DNA from: an uncultured Clostridiaceae bacterium
Lineage (GTDB): Bacteria > Bacillota > Clostridia > Clostridiales > Clostridiaceae
Length of the DNA stretch: 24,000 nucleotides
Assembly: GCA_963780135.1 (NCBI GenBank)
Contig: CAWAAR010000003.1
Location: 3,709,701 to 3,733,700 of the forward strand
Direction: 5' to 3'
The notes under the pieces are model-generated. The model had not been told where the DNA came from. It ran no database searches and saw only the letters and a list, made by a program, of their open reading frames with translations. Position 1 is the stretch's first letter. The number at the start of each line of letters is the position of its first letter. A program made the translations under genes and the position numbers. Below are positions 1 to 7,222 of this stretch, one piece after another.

Positions 1-292
1 CAGCATCTGGATTTACCGTTTCTAACATCTCTACTACAATACAATCTTTTGGAAAACCTTCAATAACTTCTGGCCTTAAAAGATCTTTATCAAAATTTAT
101 AAATGCTGGCTTTCCTTCTGTAATCTTATCAAATCCTATAATTGAAAAACTATTTTTAATTACATCTAAAGTTGGATTTGAATTTTCTATAGAAATAAAT
201 TTATTGATATTGTTATTTCTAAAAAGAAGTTCATACGCTATTACCTGTTTGTTTATATCAAATATTGCTTGTCTAGCTACATATACTTCCAT
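1..292 (-). CDS. EAL-domain c-di-GMP signalling protein of the COG3434/YuxH type (EAL, usually followed by HDOD). N-terminal fragment; the gene runs off the left edge
   Basis: Absent from the ORF track because it is open at the window edge. On the reverse strand: GGAG (304-301), 8 nt, ATG at 292, then MEVYVARQAIFDINKQVIAYELLFRNN...GFPKDCIVVEMLETVNPDA with no stop down to nt 1. The ARQxIFD...YELLFR opening and the VVE(M)LE block at the EAL-motif position are the family signature. Confidence 0.6.
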   Translation of the reverse strand, partial: MEVYVARQAIFDINKQVIAYELLFRNNNINKFISIENSNPTLDVIKNSFSIIGFDKITEGKPAFINFDKDLLRPEVIEGFPKDCIVVEMLETVNPDA

Positions 293-394
293 TTTACATA
301 CTCCTAAACTAATATTTTTTTATTACATTAAAAATTCTCTAATCATTGATTGGTATAACTTTTTTAAAGTATTCATTTATTTTTCTATTTTAAA

Positions 395-1450
395 TCAGCT
401 TATTATCACGCAGTTCCCACCATTATTTTTAGCTTTATAAAGTGCTCTATCTGCTCGTTTAAACCAGCATTCAAAAGATTCTGACTTTCGTCTTTCAGCT
501 ACACCTATACTAGCAGTTACTTGTCCCATATTTGGATACAAAGTTGACATAATAGATTGGCGCAATTTTTCTGCTAATATACGTCCTCTACTTAAATCTA
601 TTTGTGGTGCTAATATGGCAAATTCATCTCCACCCCATCTTGCAAATATATCATATTCACTGATTAATTTAATGCCTATATCTGCTACCTTCATCAAAAC
701 CTTATCCCCGGCGTCATGTCCACAAATATCATTAACACTTTTAAATTGATCTATATCTAAAAGAATTAATGTAAGTGGATCACTGTTGCTATTAGGTTCT
801 TCTATCTTTTCTATTATCTTTTTCTCAAAGAAATATCGATTATACAAATTAGTCACTTTGTCAGTAATAGCAATATTTTTTAGATGTTTGTTTTTATCAA
901 ACAATTCTTTCGTTAATCTAGATAGCTTTTTTTCTGACTCTCTCAAATTTTTAATAACTTCATTTTTTTCATGGATTTCATTTTTTAATCTTAATTCAAA
1001 TTTTTTTCTTTCTGTTAAATCTCTCGATACACCTAAAATATCCACATAATTTGTCTTTTCATTAAATACAAGTTTTGTAGATATTTCTATTGTCTTTATT
1101 TTTCCATCCTTACAGTATTGTTGAAACTCATCAATGCTGGATAAGATTTCTGAACTTTTGCTCCCTTCTAAAAACTCCTGTATTCTTTTTTCATTAATAA
1201 TTATTGATATCTTTTCTAAAGATTCTGGTGTTAATGAATCTTTAAGTTTTTCTTTCATTGCTTCGTTAGCATCTATTCCTCGTAAATCGATAATAGAAGG
1301 ACTAATATATTTAAAACACTTATTTGCTAAATCAAATAGCCATATACATTCAACTGTGTTTTCCACAATTAATTTATATATTTCAATACTTTCTAAACTA
1401 TCTTCTCCTTCACATTCTCTATTTTTTATTTTCTTATTTAAAATTTTCAT
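395..1450 (-). CDS. PAS-domain diguanylate cyclase (PAS, coiled coil, GGDEF)
   Basis: 351-aa ORF with AAGGTAGG 8 nt before ATG 1450. The GGDEF domain has an intact active site (TNLYNRYFF, LLDIDQFKSVNDICGHDAGD, ARWGGDEFAIL, RADRALYKAKNNGGN). No RxxD I-site is visible just upstream of GGDEF. The N-terminal region is PAS-like (YKLIVENTVECIWLFD). Confidence 0.9.
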   Translation of the reverse strand: MKILNKKIKNRECEGEDSLESIEIYKLIVENTVECIWLFDLANKCFKYISPSIIDLRGIDANEAMKEKLKDSLTPESLEKISIIINEKRIQEFLEGSKSSEILSSIDEFQQYCKDGKIKTIEISTKLVFNEKTNYVDILGVSRDLTERKKFELRLKNEIHEKNEVIKNLRESEKKLSRLTKELFDKNKHLKNIAITDKVTNLYNRYFFEKKIIEKIEEPNSNSDPLTLILLDIDQFKSVNDICGHDAGDKVLMKVADIGIKLISEYDIFARWGGDEFAILAPQIDLSRGRILAEKLRQSIMSTLYPNMGQVTASIGVAERRKSESFECWFKRADRALYKAKNNGGNCVIIS

Positions 1451-1715
1451 TTTAGTAACCTACCTTAACTATAGCTTGTCCTTTTGCTGCTTAGTTTTAT
1501 ACCAAACAGTAAATTTGTTTCTAAAATTTAAAATCCGTTTTTTATGCACCTAAACTAGCCAAAATAAACATCCACATAACTATTGTTTTTACCTATTAAT
1601 ACTAATACCATAAATTTATTAAAAAACTCTTCCACTTTACATAAGCAAGCTCTCTTATGTAAAAAAACTAGTATAGCTAGATATATCATCATATGCAATA
1701 GAAGTATCCTGGTAG

Positions 1716-1766
1716 TTAAAAAAAGTGATTAGTATATGTTAATTTTCAAAATATATACTAACCACT
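1716..1766 (-). terminator. Rho-independent terminator after the PocR-MCP gene
   Basis: A 14-bp stem (1753-1766 atatactaaccact pairs with 1724-1737 agtgattagtatat, one G-U/mismatch) and a 15-nt loop. On the minus strand it is followed by a run of 7 T (plus-strand A-run 1717-1723). It sits 5 nt after the stop at 1771. Confidence 0.55.
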
Positions 1767-1770
1767 TATT

Positions 1771-2817
1771 TTATTTATGAGAGTTTGCTAAACCATTCAG
1801 CTCTTCTGTCAGTTCTGTAACTTCCTGTAAATTTGCAGTAACTTCTTGAATTGCAGCCGATTGCTGCTCTGTGGTTTCTAGTGTGGACTTAGACGATTCC
1901 ATAGTTTTATCCACCGATTCATGTATCTTACCTGTAAGTTCTGATATTTTTAAAGCTGTTTGCTTAGAGTTTTGAGATAACTTACCTATTTCTTTTGCAA
2001 CAACACCAAAACCCCTTCCTGCTTCTCCTGCTCTAGCTGCTTCTATGGATGCATTTAATCCAAGCATTTTAGTTTGGTCCGCTATGCTTTTTATTGAATC
2101 AAGTATTGAGTTAATTTCCGTAGATATATCTTTTACATTAACTATCTCTTGACTTAAAATATGTTGATTATTTGTAACATTAACTGATGATGCTGATAGT
2201 TCTTCCATAGTTGCTGAAATTTGATTAAAATTATCAGAAAGCACTCGAGACATGCTTTTTATTTTTAATTCTTCATATCCTGTTTTCGACAATGCATTGG
2301 CTATAATATACAGTACCTCTGCAGCTGCTTTCACGCTTTTTTCAGTAGTAACTTTTACTTTATTTACTACTTCCACATATCCATCTTCATTAACACCTAT
2401 TTCTTTTGCCGCTTCTCTATATTTTGATTCATTAGGTTTAGAAGTCAATAATTGTCCTCCTAAAATTGTTCCAATTTGCTTACCTTCTATTAATATAGGT
2501 GCAGCAAAATCAATTAGTCCTGCATGACAAGTGTAAACACATGGTCTTCCTGTTTTTGCAGCTTCTTCTCCGCCTTTTCTGTGAGATTCAGCACATCTAT
2601 CATAACCTACTTTAGTAGACTGTGTGAACTTCATACAAAAATCTGTATATGAACTAGGTTTAGTTACTGGATTTCCATTAACATCTACTGTTATACTAGC
2701 AATATCCATACTTTCTGAAAAATTGTCTTGAAATTTTTGAAGCAGTTCAATATCAATAACATCTTTTATTTCAAGTAAATTCAAATCAAAATCATTACCA
2801 TTAATTATTTTTAACAT
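1771..2817 (-). CDS. Soluble chemoreceptor: PocR sensory domain fused to a short MCP signalling hairpin
   Basis: PocR signature: [66 protein letters not shown] highly conserved tip: [30 protein letters not shown]. No TM segment and no HAMP. The ORF track starts at TTG 2832, but GGAGAAG lies 8 nt before ATG 2817 (MLKIINGND...), so 2817 is preferred. Confidence 0.85.
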   Translation of the reverse strand: MLKIINGNDFDLNLLEIKDVIDIELLQKFQDNFSESMDIASITVDVNGNPVTKPSSYTDFCMKFTQSTKVGYDRCAESHRKGGEEAAKTGRPCVYTCHAGLIDFAAPILIEGKQIGTILGGQLLTSKPNESKYREAAKEIGVNEDGYVEVVNKVKVTTEKSVKAAAEVLYIIANALSKTGYEELKIKSMSRVLSDNFNQISATMEELSASSVNVTNNQHILSQEIVNVKDISTEINSILDSIKSIADQTKMLGLNASIEAARAGEAGRGFGVVAKEIGKLSQNSKQTALKISELTGKIHESVDKTMESSKSTLETTEQQSAAIQEVTANLQEVTELTEELNGLANSHK

Positions 2818-2852
2818 AATAAACTTCTCCAATACAATAAAATTATTTAACC

Positions 2853-4550
2853 TTAGAGTTTAAATTTATTTAACTCTTTTGTTAATTGCTCTGCTGAACT
2901 AGTTAAACTTTGTGCAGTTTCAGATACAGAACCTGCAGAATTTTTCATCTCATGTGATGAAGCTGCAATTTCCTCTGCTGCTGCTGAATTTTCTTCTGAT
3001 ACAGCACTAGTATTCTCTATTTTCGATGCTACTGGCACCATATCACTATCCAATTTACTAATACCTACTGAAACCTTTTGTATATCAGGTATTATAATCT
3101 CTACAGCATCTATAATAGATTTAAATGAGTCTACAGCTGTATTTATTGTTGTTACTTCATTATTTAACTGTTTATTAACATCACCTGAGGTTTTTGCTAA
3201 ATTAGATGTCTCAGATGACACATTATTTAATAATCCACTAATTGTGTCAGAAGAATTTTTACTTTGATCTGCTAGCTTTCGGATTTCATCAGCTACCACA
3301 GAAAAGCCTCTTCCTGATTCTCCTGCCCTAGCAGCCTCAATTGCTGCATTAAGTGCAAGCAAATTTGTCTGTTCTGATATACTATTTATTAAGCTTGTTA
3401 TCTCATTAGCTTGATTTATGCTTATTTGAAGCTGTTTTATTCTATTTATTATTCCTTCAAAAGAATTGCTAATATTATTTAAGGATTCAACTAATCTTTC
3501 TAACTGCTTATTGCTTGTATTTGCCATACTGCCAATATTTCCTGTTACACTATTAGCTTCACCAATTAAAGTAGCAAACTCTTTTAGGGAAAAACCAAAT
3601 TCCTTTATAGAATCATTTACAAACATAAGTTCACCTGCCTGTTCAGTAGAACCATTAGCTACTTCTTCAATTGCTCCTGCAACCTCATCAGAGGTTGAAA
3701 ACATTTCTTCTGAAAGTGCATATAAACTCGATGCTCCTTGATCAATAGTGCAAGCAGTAGTTGTTATATTTCCTAATAAAGCTGCTATAGAATTTCTCAT
3801 ACTAAATAGCTGTTTATTCATATTGCCGAATTCTGTATTTGAAGAAGTATCTATTTCTGATGTAAAATCTCCTGAAGCTATTGTCTTTATAGTATTTGTC
3901 ATCTCATTTAAAAGCAATTTTAAATTAGAAACAAACAATACAGATATAAATAATAATAATAAAGTAGAAATAATTGCAACTATTATAAATGCTCTGTTAG
4001 AATAAATGGACTCTTTTTTATATTCTATGGTTTCAGCTGCTATAAGAGAGTTTTTATTTGCTATAGCACTTTTTATCCCTTCAGTAATGGAAGTCCCTTT
4101 CTTTGTAATTTGATCAGTCTGATTCTTAGTTATTTCAAGTCCTGATTTTTTTCTATTCTTCTCCTCATTATATATACTCATATAACTTGTATAATTATTT
4201 TCTATCTGTTTTACTTTTGCTGATTCATTATTATCTAATCCTATAGCTTTTATCTTTGTAAAACAGTCTTTCATTCTAGCATCTTCATTTTCAACATCCT
4301 TAATTTGTTCCTCTGAATAAGGTCTGTCAATAAATCTAGTCATGTATATCCTTAGTTCATTAAAATTTCCATTTATATCCCCATATCTCTCTATTACAGC
4401 AACATCACTAGAACTTAATTTAGTATAGTATTTATTAAGTTTTGAAGACGTTGTAAAACTAATAACTCCTATAAAGCTCAATGCTATAAATGATATAAGT
4501 ATCAAAGCCATAGTTCCCTGAATTAATTTTATTTTCTTTCTCAATTTCAT
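2853..4550 (-). CDS. Transmembrane methyl-accepting chemotaxis protein (two TM, ~150-aa extracytoplasmic helical sensor, HAMP, MCP signalling domain)
   Basis: TM1 is [21 protein letters not shown] and TM2 is [22 protein letters not shown]. The MCP tip is [33 protein letters not shown]. The ORF track starts at 4571, but GAAGGGGA lies 8 nt before the ATG at 4550 (MKLRKKIKL...), so 4550 is preferred. The stop is 35 nt upstream of the PocR-MCP start, so the two are probably co-transcribed. Confidence 0.9.
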   Translation of the reverse strand: MKLRKKIKLIQGTMALILISFIALSFIGVISFTTSSKLNKYYTKLSSSDVAVIERYGDINGNFNELRIYMTRFIDRPYSEEQIKDVENEDARMKDCFTKIKAIGLDNNESAKVKQIENNYTSYMSIYNEEKNRKKSGLEITKNQTDQITKKGTSITEGIKSAIANKNSLIAAETIEYKKESIYSNRAFIIVAIISTLLLLFISVLFVSNLKLLLNEMTNTIKTIASGDFTSEIDTSSNTEFGNMNKQLFSMRNSIAALLGNITTTACTIDQGASSLYALSEEMFSTSDEVAGAIEEVANGSTEQAGELMFVNDSIKEFGFSLKEFATLIGEANSVTGNIGSMANTSNKQLERLVESLNNISNSFEGIINRIKQLQISINQANEITSLINSISEQTNLLALNAAIEAARAGESGRGFSVVADEIRKLADQSKNSSDTISGLLNNVSSETSNLAKTSGDVNKQLNNEVTTINTAVDSFKSIIDAVEIIIPDIQKVSVGISKLDSDMVPVASKIENTSAVSEENSAAAEEIAASSHEMKNSAGSVSETAQSLTSSAEQLTKELNKFKL

Positions 4551-4670
4551 TTGTTTATCCCCTTCATGCATTTTGTTTTGTAAATTTATATAGTTTAAAA
4601 TGATAGTATAAGACCAAAATTGTTTTCTACAAAATTATCCTTATTAATTCAAAAAAGCTGTTTAGTATGT

Positions 4671-4719
4671 AGAAAAAAGGATAATCGTGTATCCTTGTTT
4701 ACTATACACAATTATCCTT
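4671..4719 (-). terminator. Rho-independent terminator after the AraC-type response regulator gene
   Basis: A 15-bp stem (4705-4719 tacacaattatcctt pairs with 4677-4691 aaggataatcgtgta, 14/15) and a 13-nt loop. The minus strand continues with a T-run (CCTTTTTTCT). Confidence 0.55.
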
Positions 4720-4773
4720 ATTAATTTAATGAAAAATATCATGTTCTTACCCTGAAATTTGTTAGATTATATG
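4717..4773 (-). repeat. Copy A of a ~57-bp intergenic motif shared with 6025-6082
   Basis: cttattaattta-atgaaaaatatcatgttcttaccctgaaatttgttagattatatg aligns with cttattaatttaaatgaaaaatatcatgtttttatcctgatttttgttggattttatt, about 50 of 57 positions identical by hand alignment. Both copies have the same orientation and both lie just 3' of a minus-strand stop codon. The core aattatccttattaatt also recurs perfectly at 4633-4649 and 4710-4726. Confidence 0.6.
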
Positions 4774-4816
4774 TAAAACCTATTTAGAAAAATATCTAAA
4801 ATGTTAGTGTTCTCAT

Positions 4817-5923
4817 CTAATTTGTTTTAGATATGCACTCACATTTAAAATTTGATGGTGATGTTCCTGTATATTTTTTAAATAATTTACCAAAATATTC
4901 AACATCTTTATATCCTAATTTATCAGCAATCTCATAATTTTTCATATTTCTATCCACCAATAACATTTTTGCTCTTTCCATTTTAACCATGGTTATATAC
5001 TCAACAAGAGATATTCCTGTATTTTTTTTGTATACTGTACTTAGATAGGAGCTATTTAAAAACATTTTATCTGCAATATTTCTAACAGAAATTTCAGTAT
5101 CAGTATTTTCAAGAACTACTTTGCATATTTGCCTGGTCATACTATTGACTGCGTTTCCAAAATCAAACTTTTTGACATTTATAATAAGCTCATTTATTAT
5201 TTGCAAAAAAGTTGTTCTGCTACCAGAAAAGTCAGAACACCTTGTAAAATCAATATCAATATACTTTGAAATATTTATAAACTTATGTAACCATGGATAT
5301 ATTCGCTCCATGTCTTCAATTAAATCTTCTACCATTTTATTTAAAACGTATGCCATTTTCATGGAATCATAATTAATAGCAGCAGCTGTAGTTTCAACTA
5401 AATTTGAAGCTACTTCAAGTACTCTTAAATCTGCATCCTTAAATAATCTGATTACTTTCTCGAGATCTTCTCTTTTATATAAAGTTTCTATTTTTTCTTC
5501 AAGCTGAACTTCCAAATTTTCGATTTTTTCCTTTTCCAGTCTTTTTGCAGTTATGTATTTTGAAGTCCTCTGCAGTAAATACTCCATTTTTTCCTCATCA
5601 ACAGGTTTTACAATATAATCAAAAGCTCCATATACAAGACCTTGCCTTGCATACTCAAACTCAGTATATTCACTTAAAAAAATAACACAAAGGCATAATT
5701 CTTTTTGGATAACCTTTTTCAAAAGATCTACACCATCCATAATTGGCATTTTTATGTCTGTGATTATAAGATCTACAGTTCTTTTTTCTAGCTTTTTAAG
5801 AGCTTCTTGTCCATTTTTAGCTTCATCTACAATAACAAATCCAGTTTGATCACCCCATACTTTTAATCTTTTTAGCTCTCTTCTCATAATTTCCATATCA
5901 TCTACAATCATAACCTGAAACAA
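4817..5923 (-). CDS. Response regulator with an AraC-type HTH output (YesN-like: REC, linker, HTH_AraC)
   Basis: The REC domain has MIVDDMEIMRR and the phospho-acceptor context DLIITDIKMPIMDG. The C-terminal AraC HTH has SVRNIADKMFLNSSYLSTVYKKNTGISLVEYITMVKMERAKMLL...YEIADKLGYKDVEYFGKLFKKYTGTSPSNF. TTG start at 5923 with GAGGTGAGG upstream. The internal ATG at 5911 is 16 nt from the RBS, which is too far. Confidence 0.9.
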   Translation of the reverse strand: MFQVMIVDDMEIMRRELKRLKVWGDQTGFVIVDEAKNGQEALKKLEKRTVDLIITDIKMPIMDGVDLLKKVIQKELCLCVIFLSEYTEFEYARQGLVYGAFDYIVKPVDEEKMEYLLQRTSKYITAKRLEKEKIENLEVQLEEKIETLYKREDLEKVIRLFKDADLRVLEVASNLVETTAAAINYDSMKMAYVLNKMVEDLIEDMERIYPWLHKFINISKYIDIDFTRCSDFSGSRTTFLQIINELIINVKKFDFGNAVNSMTRQICKVVLENTDTEISVRNIADKMFLNSSYLSTVYKKNTGISLVEYITMVKMERAKMLLVDRNMKNYEIADKLGYKDVEYFGKLFKKYTGTSPSNFKCECISKTN

Positions 5924-6024
5924 TCTGCCTCACCTCTTTTACTGACAATTATCAAACCATACTAAAATCTTCTAAAATTTATGTATTGAATTTTATTTTA
6001 CTGTTAATATTATACTAATTTTTA

Positions 6025-6082
6025 CTTATTAATTTAAATGAAAAATATCATGTTTTTATCCTGATTTTTGTTGGATTTTATT
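6025..6082 (-). repeat. Copy B of the ~57-bp intergenic motif (see 4717-4773)
   Basis: Same sequence family and same orientation as copy A. It lies 12 nt after the REC-kinase stop (6095) and about 100 nt upstream of the AraC-RR start (5923). Confidence 0.6.
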
Positions 6083-6094
6083 ATAATTTGTCAT

Positions 6095-7222
6095 TTAGTC
6101 AGTAATATTAGGTAAAGTGAAATATACTGTTGCTCCTTCATTTAATTTACCCTCAATCCAAGTTTTTCCTCCATGCTTTTGAACTATTTTACGAACAGCA
6201 GCAAGTCCTATTCCACTCCCCTCAAATTCATCTGAGGAATGTAAACGCTCAAATATTCGAAATAATTTTCCTGAGAACTCCATATCAATACCCACACCAT
6301 TATCCTTTACATAGAAAACATACTCACTAACACCTCTTTTGCATCCAGCAATTATAAGTGCTTTTTCTCTATTTCCAGTAAATTTTATGGCATTGGAAAT
6401 TATATTATAAATTACTTGTTTTATCATAATTACATCTGCAAAAACAAGAGGCATTCCTGTTTCAAATTCAAATTCAATGGCTCTTTTTGAATAAATTGAT
6501 TTAAGTTCTTTAAAAGCCGAAGTGAACATTTCACTTATATTTACACTTTCTTTGCATATCTCTAGACGATTAGTTGTTGAATATTGTAGTAATTTTCCAA
6601 CCATAGTAATCATATCTCTACATATATCTTTTATATTAGAAACCATTTCACTAGCATCTTTATCTAGTAATGTCCTATAATCTTCAAGAATTATTTTGCT
6701 GTATCCTTGAATAGCCCTTAAGGGTGATTTTAAATCATGAGACACAGTATATGAAAAAGATTCAAGTTCATTAACAGCAGCTTCAAGCTCTAATTTTTTT
6801 TCTTCAAGAATTTCATTGCGCTGTGCTAACTCATACTGAGCAAGCTTCAACGACAAATGAGTATGTACCCTAGCTTTAACTTCAAGAATTTCAAAAGGTT
6901 TAGTTATATAGTCAACAGCACCTAATTCAAAACATTTTGTTTTACTGATTATATCTGTCATGGCAGTTAAAAAAATTATAGGTATGTCTTTTGCTAATTT
7001 ATTTTCTTTGATTCTCTTACATACTTCATATCCATCCATAATAGGCATCATAATATCTAATAAAATTATATCTGGAATCTCTATTTCTAAACTTTCTAAT
7101 GCAGATTTTCCATCCGTTGCAACTGAAATTTCATAATCATCACCAAAAGCTTCTACAAGAATATCAATATTTTCTTCTGTATCATCAACAATCAGCACTG
7201 TACACTCTGAAAGTTCTTTCAT
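6095..7222 (-). CDS. REC-histidine kinase (N-terminal receiver, coiled coil, HisKA, HATPase_c)
   Basis: REC: [39 protein letters not shown]. HisKA H-box: [20 protein letters not shown]. HATPase: [33 protein letters not shown]. The ATG at 7222 overlaps the upstream stop (TAATG), indicating translational coupling. Confidence 0.9.
   Translation of the reverse strand: [375 protein letters not shown]

Noticed and set aside
204-440. 78-aa plus-strand ORF spanning the first intergenic region
   Set aside because: It overlaps the well-supported N-terminus of the minus-strand EAL-type gene (1-292) and the 3' end of the GGDEF gene. The sequence is hydrophobic, low-complexity and without an RBS.
1451-1770. 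Searched this spacer, and 11809-12206, 4572-4816 and 19385-19760, for a c-di-GMP (GEMM-type) riboswitch or T-box leader, given the c-di-GMP gene content
   Set aside because: I could not find the conserved GEMM-I/II core sequences or tetraloop-receptor pattern by eye. A covariance-model scan (Rfam/Infernal) would be needed to exclude them formally.
4662-4742. Mini-ORF (MIFFIKLIR..., 26 codons) starting inside intergenic motif copy A, suggesting a conserved leader peptide
   Set aside because: The equivalent reading in copy B (6034-6051) stops after 5 codons (MIFFI*). The conservation is therefore at the nucleotide level, not the peptide level, and there is no RBS.
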